NCBI GenBank assembly: GCA_965197525.1
Contig: OZ240211.1
Location: 1,088,001-1,152,000, forward strand
Length of the DNA: 64,000 nucleotides
Direction: 5' to 3'
Source: Nitrosopumilus sp.
GTDB taxonomy: Archaea > Thermoproteota > Nitrososphaeria > Nitrososphaerales > Nitrosopumilaceae
The position numbers and the translations under genes were made by a program. Under the pieces are notes generated by a model. It was given only the letters and a program-made list of their open reading frames with translations, searched no databases and had not been told where the DNA came from. Each line of letters starts with the position of its first letter. Position 1 is the stretch's first letter. Positions 50,135 to 60,119 of the stretch are shown one piece after another.

Positions 50135-50359
50135 TCAATCATGATTATCTTTTACAAATTTTTCTTTCATTTCTTTCAAATTTCTTACTTTGATATATTC
50201 TAAAAAGGCATGATTTGCAATATCTGATAATTCCTCAATTATGTTTTGATACATGTCATTCTTCAAATAGTCGTTTCCTTCTTGTCCTTCTCCTTTTTCT
50301 AATCTATCATGACAGAGTGCGATAAAATCCTCGAGATGTTTTTTCATTGCTTTATTCAT
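50135..50359 (-). CDS. Small hypothetical protein, possibly MazG-like all-alpha fold
   Basis: RLEKG...IIEELSDIANHAF (EExxD). Confidence 0.45.
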   Translation of the reverse strand: MNKAMKKHLEDFIALCHDRLEKGEGQEGNDYLKNDMYQNIIEELSDIANHAFLEYIKVRNLKEMKEKFVKDNHD

Positions 50360-50924
50360 TGTTTAGTCTTAGTTTTTGGTAGTTTATTCTAATAATTATA
50401 CTTTGTATAATTTAGTTGGTACGAGACCGTAGATTCGTTTAGATGAGATGGAAACAATACTGGATCTTGAATTTATGTCTAGTTGGCAGATATTCGATCT
50501 CATATCTGGATGTATGGATTCGGGCCCCATGTTCACTCAGGTCAGCAAATTGCCAGTATTGTGGCATTAGATAACATAAAACACCATCTCAACACCTGAT
50601 AGTAACTGCTGGTAGGGATCTTTGTCTGATCTGATCCGGCAGTTCAAACGAATTCCAATTAGAATTCATAACCATATTTTCCACTGCAATACGAGAGAAG
50701 AAACACCCCTCCCATATACATTCAGGATTCCAAGTTTGCTAGATACCGACATGTTGCAGTATTTGAAATTCACTTACAACTCTCATGCAAAGCTTGAATT
50801 AAAGGAATAATCTCAATTATCCAATCAAAAGTGACTATACATAATAAACGACAAAAATACTAGTTTGTTCTCCAATCTAGATTACAATACAGTTCAGAAT
50901 CAGTGTTACTAGATTCATTTACTA

Positions 50925-52589
50925 CTACATGGTAGCCTGTGAGGCCTCGTGGAACATTTGTGACTTTGCACATCCTGCAGCTAGTTCATCACCTGCACCG
51001 CGTCTCATAAGACCACGGTACAAACCATCCTCTAGTTTGACGCCTTCGCGTTCCTCCCATTCCTCGACAGTAATGGAGTATTTCTTTTGGATTCTGTCCC
51101 TGTACCACTCTGGTATCACGTTAAACGCACAGAACGGTACGATACGCAAGTCAGGTGTAAGATAATGAATATCACATCTTTGTAACCGCTCCAAGTCCTC
51201 GTTGTATTTGTCCTGAAAATGCATCATGCCCAAGAACAATCCTTTGACGTGCCAAGAGCCTACTGAATCAAACGATCTCTTCATCAGGATGTTACCGAAC
51301 ATCTTGGCCAAATCAAGACCGGCAGGCTGTTTCTTTGTATCAACAAATCCCTTTAGTTTACGGACTACCTCTAACATTGTAAAATACTTGTTTTTACCAG
51401 AACGAATCTCTTCTGCCTTATCTTCAAATAACTCTAACATTCCCTGGATATCACAAAACTTTGTCAATGGTACAAATTTCTTGGTATCTGCATCCTCAAA
51501 GATGTATGTGCCGGCACCACAGGCAAAGTGTATAGACAGCTCGTACTTTGGTTTACTAGAGAATGCTTCAATAACATTGGTCAGAGGCATACAGCTAGGA
51601 ACAGGGAACCAGTCATCGACTGTAACCTCGCCTGCAGTCTGCTCTTCAATTCTTTGGATACAGTCAGGTATTGTAATACGGTATTTTTCACGTTCCGATT
51701 TACCCATACGACCAGTAAGAGAGACAGGTTGAAAGTTGACTGCGTGTACTACATCCATGTTCTTTTGTGCATAGCGAATAATACCGCCCAACTCGTGATC
51801 ATTAATTGATTTGATTACAGTGGGTACAAACACCACGGTAGTACCGGTCTTGCGACAGCTATCCAGAGCGTACGGAATCTCCCAGTGATTCTTGGGATTT
51901 GTTCTTGCAGTCACACCGTCAAACGACAGATACAGATTGTTACAGCCAGCCAGCCTAACCTCACGTGCGGCTTCTGGATCCATTGCATGTCTGATACCGT
52001 TTGTGTTCATCTGGATGTGGTCAACACCCTCCTCCTTCATTATTTTTATAACATCTGCAATATCCTCACGCAACATGGGTTCACCACCAGTAATCTGCAT
52101 GGAATTACCAGGGATTGGTCTCTCTGCACGCAGCGTCTTCATCATTGCACGAATCTGTGTATGGTCAGGCTCGTACATGTATGCGCCTTCTAACCCTTTC
52201 TTTACATAAAAGAAACAGTACCAGCAAGTCAAGTCACAACGGTTAGTCACTATCATGTTTGCAAGACCGCTATGTGACAAATGATTAGAACATAGACCAC
52301 AGTTATTAGGACAGGAACATTTGTCAATCAATACGTTTGGGGCATGGGCACCCTTGCCGTCCATCCAGTATGTACTGAACTTGTTATACATATCAAAAGA
52401 GCCAAAGTACAGTTCCTCGCATTCGCCGTGTGTCGGACATGTCTTGGTCATAAACACCTTGCTGTCACGCTCAAAGACTTCGGCATCCAGTATCATGTTG
52501 CAGTCAGGACAGATACTCTGTGTAAAACGTATAGTAGATTTCTTTCCCAGATTTTTGACACTCTGGTTGGATATCTGAATTAGCGCCAT
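50925..52589 (-). CDS. tes: Tetraether lipid synthase (Tes / GDGT-MAS, MJ0619 family radical SAM)
   Basis: N-terminal CPDC...CPTH, CPNNCGLC, NRCDLTCWYC (CxxxCxxC), TGGEP, FQPVSLTGR, GMMHFQD, RCDIHY...VPFC. Confidence 0.9.
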   Translation of the reverse strand: MALIQISNQSVKNLGKKSTIRFTQSICPDCNMILDAEVFERDSKVFMTKTCPTHGECEELYFGSFDMYNKFSTYWMDGKGAHAPNVLIDKCSCPNNCGLCSNHLSHSGLANMIVTNRCDLTCWYCFFYVKKGLEGAYMYEPDHTQIRAMMKTLRAERPIPGNSMQITGGEPMLREDIADVIKIMKEEGVDHIQMNTNGIRHAMDPEAAREVRLAGCNNLYLSFDGVTARTNPKNHWEIPYALDSCRKTGTTVVFVPTVIKSINDHELGGIIRYAQKNMDVVHAVNFQPVSLTGRMGKSEREKYRITIPDCIQRIEEQTAGEVTVDDWFPVPSCMPLTNVIEAFSSKPKYELSIHFACGAGTYIFEDADTKKFVPLTKFCDIQGMLELFEDKAEEIRSGKNKYFTMLEVVRKLKGFVDTKKQPAGLDLAKMFGNILMKRSFDSVGSWHVKGLFLGMMHFQDKYNEDLERLQRCDIHYLTPDLRIVPFCAFNVIPEWYRDRIQKKYSITVEEWEEREGVKLEDGLYRGLMRRGAGDELAAGCAKSQMFHEASQATM

Positions 52590-52692
52590 ATTGTAAAAAA
52601 TCTACAGAAAATGAGTATATAATCCATTTCACACGTGACATAGGGTTGAATTTATGATTAATTTAAATATCAAAACGTAAGAATTAGAGCTT

Positions 52693-53460
52693 GTGAGCAT
52701 ATCAGACAAAACAAGAAAAGCGCTAGAGAAGATAGGCATGACAGGGTACGAGATTAGGACGTTTTCCACACTGTTAAAGTCAGGCGAGATGACAGCATCT
52801 GATCTGAGTCAGAGGTCGGGTGTGCCTTATTCGAAGATTTACGAGGTGGTAGGTACGCTAGAGGAGAAGGGATGGATTGGCAGTGATGATTCAAGACCTA
52901 CAAAGTACTTTCCCAAGTCACCTGCAACCGGACTGGATACTACAAAACAAAAGATGGATACACAATTTACAGAGAATCAGAATGTGATATTGCACGAGCT
53001 GGTACCACTATATGAGAAGAGCGGGACAAGTGAGAGACCCGACATCTGGGTGCTGTCAGGTGCCACAAACATTACACTAAAGATTTTGGAGATGGTAGAT
53101 GCCTGCCGCAACGAGGTCATGATAGCATTGCCTGATGCGGGTGTAGAACTGGTAAGGCAGGCATTGCCAAAGCTGAGATTACTACATGACAAGGGAGTAA
53201 AGATAACCATACTTACATCAGACAAGATGGACAAGGACTCCATTGTTGCAATAAGAAGGGTGGCTGATGTAAAGATAAAGAAAGGGTTGTTTGGTGGCGG
53301 CATCATATCTGACAAGAGGTATGTCGTAATACTGTTGGGACCCGAGATCGGCGGGATTAATACGTCAGATATTGTAGCCATATGGGCAGACCATGCGGGG
53401 CTGGCAGGCTTTGCAAGACAGTATTTTGAATATTTATTAAAAGATTCGACTATGGGATAG
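52693..53460 (+). CDS. TrmB-family transcriptional regulator
   Basis: SGVPYSKIYEVVGTLEEKGWI...RPTKY wHTH plus effector domain. Confidence 0.9.
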   Translation: MSISDKTRKALEKIGMTGYEIRTFSTLLKSGEMTASDLSQRSGVPYSKIYEVVGTLEEKGWIGSDDSRPTKYFPKSPATGLDTTKQKMDTQFTENQNVILHELVPLYEKSGTSERPDIWVLSGATNITLKILEMVDACRNEVMIALPDAGVELVRQALPKLRLLHDKGVKITILTSDKMDKDSIVAIRRVADVKIKKGLFGGGIISDKRYVVILLGPEIGGINTSDIVAIWADHAGLAGFARQYFEYLLKDSTMG

Positions 53461-53461
53461 T

Positions 53462-53956
53462 GTGGATGAATTGAGTGATAATGGCGTAATAGATGACGAG
53501 GTGCTGTTTGTCGGAACAGCAGAGGCAGAACATGTAGAGATGTATCTAAAAGCTATCTGGCACATAAAGGAGAGGGGAGAGGATGTAAGGATTACAGGTA
53601 TTGCAAAGATGCTAAACATCAGACAGCCAAGCGTGGTGCAGATGCTAAAAAAATTGAACGGTAAAAATCTTGTAAAGTACAACAAGGCAGGCGTGAGACT
53701 GACTGAGGAGGGCGAGAGGATTGGTGCAGGTATGATGAGGAACAGCAGGCTGTTGGAGGTACTGATGGATAGTGCACTAAAGGTGGAGATTGACGAGGAG
53801 ATGGTATGCGGGATTGAGCACCACATGAACAAGCAGTTTACTGATGCATTGTGTGTAATGCTGGGGCACCCAAGAAAGTGTCCGCACGACCATGATATTC
53901 CGGTCGGGGAGTGTTGCAGGATGCAGACGGCAAATGAGAACGCATCTGTATCATAA
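53462..53956 (+). CDS. DtxR/MntR-family metal-dependent regulator
   Basis: EMYLKAI, IRQPSVVQMLKKL, RLLE, IEHH, CPHDHDIP. Confidence 0.9.
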   Translation: MDELSDNGVIDDEVLFVGTAEAEHVEMYLKAIWHIKERGEDVRITGIAKMLNIRQPSVVQMLKKLNGKNLVKYNKAGVRLTEEGERIGAGMMRNSRLLEVLMDSALKVEIDEEMVCGIEHHMNKQFTDALCVMLGHPRKCPHDHDIPVGECCRMQTANENASVS

Positions 53957-54061
53957 CCTGATTAAAAAAACAGTTTGCATTACAACCAGATACACAAAAA
54001 CAGTATGTCAATAGAGCAACATGCAGTTAATTTTGCACGGTATGCATACGTATTAATTTTT

Positions 54062-55546
54062 TCACGAGTTTAACTGTTCTGCATAACGCATACACTGCAT
54101 CCCCTCATCCCCTCTGCCAAGACTGAGAAGTGCGGTACCTTTGGATACATACGCATACTGGTCTTTAGGATCTATCTCCAAACACTTGTCATAGAATGAA
54201 ATTGCCTCTTCAGGCATTCCAAGGGAAAGGTGGATGTTTGCTTTGCGGAGATATGCTCCCGAACTCATAGGGTTCAATCTCAAGGCATCATCGCAGCATT
54301 GGAGCGCTTTTTCATACATCTCAAGATCTTCAAGCGAGCTTGCCTTGTAAAGATGTGGATAGATATGGTTTGGATCCATACCTATAGCCTTGTCATAGAA
54401 CTGGACTGCTTTTTCATACATTCCAAGTTGGTCAAAGACGATCCCCTTGTGGATGCACGCATCTGCATGTTTTGAATCTATCTCTAGGGCTTTATCATAA
54501 CAGTGTAATGCCTTTTTATGCATGCCAAGTTCTGTAAAAGAATGGCCTTTCCAAAAGTATGCATCAGCGTCACTCGAATCTAGCTCTATTGCCTTGGCAT
54601 AGTACGGTATTGCCTCCTTGTGTCTGTGAAGAAAGTGAAGTGTATATGCCTTCTCGAAATACGCGTTGTTGGTTGGTTCTATCTGCAGGGACCTGTCAAA
54701 ACATTTGAGTGCCAGCTCGTATAGGGCCAGTTTTTGAAGCAAGGCTCCTTTTTGGGCATGCAGGTTACAGTCACTGGCAAAATTATCCGGATCAAGATCC
54801 ATGGCCCTGTCGTAGCATTCGATTGCCTGTCTGTGTAAATCCAACGCTGCAAGGGAATGTCCCTTTGATACGTACGCGGAACTATAACTAGGATCAAGAT
54901 CCAGACATTTGTCATAGTACTCGATTGCGTCGTTGTGCAATCCTAGTTTTGCAAGCGATTTTCCCTTGGATTGGTATGCAGGATGGTATTTGGGATCAAG
55001 CTCCAGACATTTGTCATAGTACTCGATTGCGTCGTTGTGCAATCCTAGTTTTGCAAGCGAATATCCCTTGCAGAAATACAGGTAGCCATCATCATGTATG
55101 TGGTCTAAGCATCGACTATAGCACTCAATTGCCTGGCCGTGTAGATGCAGTGCTGCAAATAAGTGCCCCTGAATCACATGTGAATCAATATGATCGGGAT
55201 CAAGCTCTATGGCCTGTTCAACAAATTGGATTGCTTTTTTATAACGCCCAAGTGCATAAAGCGAGTTTGCCTTGTTGTAATAGGCATGACTGCTGTCAGG
55301 GGACAGTTTTAAAACATTCTCATAGCACCGTATTGCTTTTTTGTACTCGCCAAGACTATAGAGTGAGTTTCCTTTTTTGTTGTGTATGTCTGCATTATCA
55401 GGATTTGCTTTCAGGGATTTGTCATAGAATGTGACTGCTTTTTTATGCATGCCGCATTTGGCAAACTCATAACCGGTGGATGCAAGGATATCACTCTCAT
55501 GTATTTTGTGATCCTCAGGCATGTATTTTGTTTGGTTGTTTGTCAT
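54062..55546 (-). CDS. Tetratricopeptide repeat protein
   Basis: About 13-14 repeats of 34 aa (KG..L..LG...A..YDK.L.LDP); exact 59-bp duplication at 54900/55002. Confidence 0.9.
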   Translation of the reverse strand: MTNNQTKYMPEDHKIHESDILASTGYEFAKCGMHKKAVTFYDKSLKANPDNADIHNKKGNSLYSLGEYKKAIRCYENVLKLSPDSSHAYYNKANSLYALGRYKKAIQFVEQAIELDPDHIDSHVIQGHLFAALHLHGQAIECYSRCLDHIHDDGYLYFCKGYSLAKLGLHNDAIEYYDKCLELDPKYHPAYQSKGKSLAKLGLHNDAIEYYDKCLDLDPSYSSAYVSKGHSLAALDLHRQAIECYDRAMDLDPDNFASDCNLHAQKGALLQKLALYELALKCFDRSLQIEPTNNAYFEKAYTLHFLHRHKEAIPYYAKAIELDSSDADAYFWKGHSFTELGMHKKALHCYDKALEIDSKHADACIHKGIVFDQLGMYEKAVQFYDKAIGMDPNHIYPHLYKASSLEDLEMYEKALQCCDDALRLNPMSSGAYLRKANIHLSLGMPEEAISFYDKCLEIDPKDQYAYVSKGTALLSLGRGDEGMQCMRYAEQLNS

Positions 55547-56049
55547 TTAAAATCATTTCTAGATCATCAAGGTATGATATTTGCATGACGTAACAAGTAA
55601 TGTATTGGTCAGCCAAATACAGGCATGTTCGGTTTCCAAACCAGATAAACTGCGATGAAACGGACTGTGTGGTATTTTACCCAAATTCAGTGTGTATATA
55701 TACAGAAATATTTGCGTTCTCAAAGACACATCCTCGCAAGATGATAGGGCGTGTGATAATTGGGTAATATTTTATGGATACGATAACCCCTATCAAAAAA
55801 AACCATACAATTACAGTCGGTATTTGGATGACTGCAAGCGCAAACATTTAACGAAAGAGAGAGAGAAACCAAGATCGACACCCGTATAAAAAAAACAGGC
55901 GCGCACGTATCCTCTTTATCATTCCTATGAGCGGATAGATGAAGCGCAGTCAGACTGGGATCAAATCAAGAAGTGAACGGTTATTAAAAAAAATACCGGC
56001 GTCAAAAAAAACACGATATCTGAATGACAGATAACAGTTTACATACTGA

Positions 56050-57702
56050 CTATCGCATCTCCAACCGTCTTGCATAATCAGCACACCGTTCTGCCTCATC
56101 ATGCATGCCAAGCTCTTGAAATGCAAACCCCTTGAAGACATATGCAAGATGGTTATCTGGATCGATCTCCAGGCATCTGTCATAGTATTCTATTGCCTTC
56201 TCCGGCATGCCAAGTTTAAAAAATGCGTATCCTTTGCTGAGATGCGCTCGTACATTCACGGGATCCAGGCTCAGGCATTTATCGTAACATTTCATTGATT
56301 CACCATACATGTTAAATTTTGTAAGTGTGTCCCCCTTACGGACATACGTATCGGCATGATTTGGATCCAGTTCTATGGATCTGTCGTAGCATTCGATTGC
56401 CTTGTCATACATGCCAAGGACATCAAATGTAGATCCCTTGTAGGCAAACGTAACTGGATCAGTCGGGTCTAGACGTACGGCATTGTCGTAGCATTCGATT
56501 GCTTTTTGAGGCATGTCAAGGTCTACAAACAAGGACCCCTTGGCTATATGTGCAGCGATACTGGCGGGATCTATCTCTAGCGCCCTGTTGTAGCATTTTA
56601 GTGCTTTTTTATGCATGTCAAGTGCCGCAAGCGAATTACCCTTCTCGACATACGAATCGACGTAGTTTGGGTCTAGTTTGATGGCCTGGTCAAAGCATTC
56701 GATTGCTTGTCTGTGCACCCCAAGGGCTGCAAGCTCTGTTGCCTTGTTAAAATAGGTAGTACCGTCATCGGGATTTAGTTTCAGGGATTTGTCGTAGCAC
56801 TCGATTGCTTGTTTATGCAGGTGTAGATGTGAAAGCGAGAGTCCCTTGTGGATATATACGTCAGTGTTGTTGGGATCGGGTTTCAGGGATTTGTCGTAGC
56901 ACTCGATTGCTTGTTTATGCAGATCAAGATCTTCAAACGAGATTCCCTTGTACATGTATGTATAAGTGTTGTTGGGATCGAGTTCCAGGGATTTGTCGTA
57001 GCACTCGATTGCTTGTTTATGCAGGTGTAGATGTGAAAGCGAGAGTCCCTTGTTGATATATGTATCAGTGCTGTCGGGATCGAGTTCCAGAGATTTGTCG
57101 TAGCACTCGATTGCTTGTTTATGCATGAGCAGTGCCGCATATGAGGATCCTTTATTCTGATGCGCGTAGGCATTGTTTGGATCGATTTTTAAGGATTTAT
57201 CATAGAATTCGATGGACTTTTTGTATAGACCAAGTTCAAGATATGAACGTCCTATGGCCATATACATAGTGGTATCAGTGGGATCGAGTTTCAAACATCT
57301 CTCGTAGCATTGTATTGCCTTTTTATACATGCCAAGTGAAGAAAACGAGTATCCTTTTCGAAAATCGACGTCAAACATAATTGGAATTTGATCTGAAACC
57401 TTGTCGTAACACTGTATCGTTTTTTCGTACATGCCTAGTTCAAAAAACGAGTGTCCCTTGTGCAGATTGGCATTGAGATCGTGGGGATCTATTTTTAAAA
57501 TCTTGTCAAAGGATTTTATTGCCTGCTCGTGTATGCCACGGTCTGCAAGGTCAAGGCCAGCAGATAGTAAGTCGTAGAGTGTCTGGGCCTTGTCGCTAAT
57601 AGTGCCGTTATCAGGCAACACGTCTTTTGCTGGATCTTCTTTTTTCATCTGATAGTAGAGGGACCGGTTGCCATATTTGATGGTATGGTAATACTTGCAC
57701 AA
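56050..57702 (-). CDS. Tetratricopeptide repeat protein
   Basis: About 14 TPRs; identical 34-bp cores at 56786, 56888, 56990 and 57092 (102-bp period). Confidence 0.9.
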   Translation of the reverse strand: MCKYYHTIKYGNRSLYYQMKKEDPAKDVLPDNGTISDKAQTLYDLLSAGLDLADRGIHEQAIKSFDKILKIDPHDLNANLHKGHSFFELGMYEKTIQCYDKVSDQIPIMFDVDFRKGYSFSSLGMYKKAIQCYERCLKLDPTDTTMYMAIGRSYLELGLYKKSIEFYDKSLKIDPNNAYAHQNKGSSYAALLMHKQAIECYDKSLELDPDSTDTYINKGLSLSHLHLHKQAIECYDKSLELDPNNTYTYMYKGISFEDLDLHKQAIECYDKSLKPDPNNTDVYIHKGLSLSHLHLHKQAIECYDKSLKLNPDDGTTYFNKATELAALGVHRQAIECFDQAIKLDPNYVDSYVEKGNSLAALDMHKKALKCYNRALEIDPASIAAHIAKGSLFVDLDMPQKAIECYDNAVRLDPTDPVTFAYKGSTFDVLGMYDKAIECYDRSIELDPNHADTYVRKGDTLTKFNMYGESMKCYDKCLSLDPVNVRAHLSKGYAFFKLGMPEKAIEYYDRCLEIDPDNHLAYVFKGFAFQELGMHDEAERCADYARRLEMR

Positions 57703-57774
57703 GATCTTGTGCTGTGATCTGATTCGGGGAAAATGGTATTGTTCACATCGTATCTTAATTCGTGTCTAACTACA

Positions 57775-57798
57775 ATCATCATCATCATCATCATCATC
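57775..57798 (+). repeat. (ATC)8 microsatellite
   Basis: Eight exact ATC units, about 70 bp upstream of the TPR gene start. Confidence 0.9.
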
Positions 57799-58351
57799 TA
57801 CCCACCCATAGGCACGAATCAAGGGGTAATGTGAACACTTGCAAAAGATGTTAGGCTGTTTTGATGTTTGAACTTTCGAGTACGGGGATGAGTTTAGGGG
57901 TTTGCTTTCCTGGGACAGTATTCGTAACGGGTACAGGTGCCTAACTGTATCTAAAAACTCACCTATTTCATATTTAACTGCTAATTACAGATTCGTCTGA
58001 TTGGTATTATTATCAGCATCATCATCATCGCTATTGGCATTATCATATGCATCAGCGTCACCATCATAATCTAAACAACGTCAAACCCGTTACTACAAAC
58101 TTTGTAGTTGTTGGTGCCATCTTGGGTGTGTGTGTGTTTTTTTTTTTGACTTGTATGGCATATCAGATTCTACATGTGTTATTTTTTTTACCATAGTGCA
58201 TTCAAAAGATAGACAATACTATTCTCATAACTCTGTCTTAAGAAACTACTTCTCAAGAGTACAATTCTGTGTCAGATTTATAAAACAAAGTATCTTCAAA
58301 ACTTGTCGAATGATTTACTAGCATTTGATCAAATACGTACTGTTCTGAATC

Positions 58352-59575
58352 TTAATGCCGTTTATCAATCCATGGAAAGAGAGATAGTCCCTCCTTGCGT
58401 ATATTTTGCATTTTAGTCTTGTTTGTACCTGCCAGCATCTTGATATACATCTCACATATCTCTGAAGAGTGGCGGTAGTGTTTTTTATACAGACTCTCAA
58501 GGGACGGATCGCCTAGCCTCTCAAGTATATCTGCCTGCATCTCCACGAGCAAGGAACTATGGTAGTGATTTGTAAATTCATGGTTGGGCAACTTGCGAGG
58601 TACAGCAGGCTCGTGCAACATCTTCCAGTATTCTAGATCTTTTTTGGTGATGCAGACGGATTTGAGCGCTTCGTGGTAAAACTCGTTAAAATAATCAGGT
58701 TCGTTGTAGATGAATTGATCATACAGATACGATATGTATTGACGTTTTTGTAGATGATCCAATTTTGCTTTGTTGACGTTGTAGACCATCTCTTTGAGCA
58801 TCTTTACAAATACATCTCTATAGTATCCGTTGGAATCGTCTACGCAATGCATATTTGATGCAATTCCCTCAGAGACTGCCTGACACATCTTGGCAGCCTC
58901 TGAATAATTTTTACTCTTCTGACACTTTTTAGTTTTTTCAAAGAACTCGGTAAAATCTACCTCAGCAGTGGTCCATATTCCGTATCTTGTACACAAGTCA
59001 TAAAACAGTGAATCTACAACAGTAAGGAAGTCAATGTAAGTTTGTGTGTATTTATCTCCCAGACGAGTCAGGAGACGCTTGAATGACTTTTTGTTGTAGA
59101 CTAGATTACGAGGCATAAAATCACTCTTGTCGTCTTCTAGTCCCTCAAGAAGATAATCAGCGATATTGCCATGATATTTTTCATACTGAAAAATCTTTTT
59201 CATGTTATGCAAGGTGTACAGTAGTACTGCTGCTGCATGTCTGCAGATCTTATCAGATGAAGAACATATACAGTTGGAACCAGACGGATTATCATTAAAA
59301 GATATCACCAGAGAATAAACGATGCCGTCTAAGACGCGTCCTTTCAAGACATTCTTGTCACCTCTGACTCGTATTACTGAACCCTTTTCGAATAGTTTCT
59401 CTCCAGGCTCAAAGGATTTGCCGGATAGATCTTTGATTCGACGGATAGTAAGACCGCCTTCTTCTTTTGCCATATTTAGAAGTGATGTGTAAAGTGACGC
59501 CATTAAATCTTTACAATTTACAAAAACGTCAAAACATTCATAGTATACACTCGGATCCGATGCAAATCTGGACAC
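58352..59575 (-). CDS. SWIM zinc-finger protein
   Basis: CICSSSDKICRHAAAVLL; helical C-terminal region with VDDSNGYY. Confidence 0.7.
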   Translation of the reverse strand: MSRFASDPSVYYECFDVFVNCKDLMASLYTSLLNMAKEEGGLTIRRIKDLSGKSFEPGEKLFEKGSVIRVRGDKNVLKGRVLDGIVYSLVISFNDNPSGSNCICSSSDKICRHAAAVLLYTLHNMKKIFQYEKYHGNIADYLLEGLEDDKSDFMPRNLVYNKKSFKRLLTRLGDKYTQTYIDFLTVVDSLFYDLCTRYGIWTTAEVDFTEFFEKTKKCQKSKNYSEAAKMCQAVSEGIASNMHCVDDSNGYYRDVFVKMLKEMVYNVNKAKLDHLQKRQYISYLYDQFIYNEPDYFNEFYHEALKSVCITKKDLEYWKMLHEPAVPRKLPNHEFTNHYHSSLLVEMQADILERLGDPSLESLYKKHYRHSSEICEMYIKMLAGTNKTKMQNIRKEGLSLFPWIDKRH

Positions 59576-59872
59576 AAGTTTGCAAGAGTTACGAGGTATA
59601 TCCTAGTAATAAAAAACGCCATCTGACATGCAATGATACGGTACATGACAGACGCTGCAATTACGTGTGTTGAATACTGTAATACCAGCAGGACATCCAT
59701 AAACGATAAAATTCGTAACTGTGTAGTTTGTTGAAGTAAACTAGAATATATGCACAGGATATCAACCAATCATTACTATTTGTTTTATGAGAGATGTAAG
59801 TTTGAGCGTAAATTTCTTTATTGTAGTCATGAACTTCAAAAAACTATACAATTACCAAAAAACTACATAATT

Positions 59873-59978
59873 TCCAATTTAGATAAACATATCTGGGTTG
59901 CCGCAAAGAACGTGATTCCCGTGTGACTTGACGCTGTTTACGGGTTAAATTAATCGCAAAGTGCGAAATGTCTGAATT
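59873..59978 (-). repeat. Inverted copy of 11764-11870
   Basis: 33-bp and 21-bp identical blocks. Confidence 0.8.
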
Positions 59979-60119
59979 GAAAAACAAAGTTCCCAAAGAG
60001 TAATTTTTGCATATCTGTTTGGTTTGTAGGTGGAATCTCAATCTAACACTCGTCTTGATGTGAGATTAAAAAGAATTTGAAACGCAATTCTGAGAAATAA
60101 CTTGTGCTAAAACTAACAA

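Noticed and set aside
50512-50542. Possible fourth MITE end (GTATGGATTCGGGCCCC, 14/17)
   Set aside because: The subterminal TCTAGGC is not conserved, and there is no partner end or target duplication
50925-52589. Radical SAM enzyme as a novel system
   Set aside because: Matches the characterised tetraether synthase family; expected housekeeping gene
56786-57125. Four identical 34-bp direct repeats with 68-bp spacers, resembling a CRISPR array
   Set aside because: The 102-bp period equals one TPR, the repeats are in frame within a long ORF, the spacers are homologous to each other, and there are no cas genes
54062-57702. Diversity-generating retroelement (template/variable repeat pair) in the TPR genes
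   Set aside because: No reverse transcriptase in the window, and the differences between repeats are not adenine-specific
57960-58080. Asp-rich reading frame (DYDGDADAYDNANSDDDDA) on the minus strand
   Set aside because: No start codon in frame; low-complexity sequence
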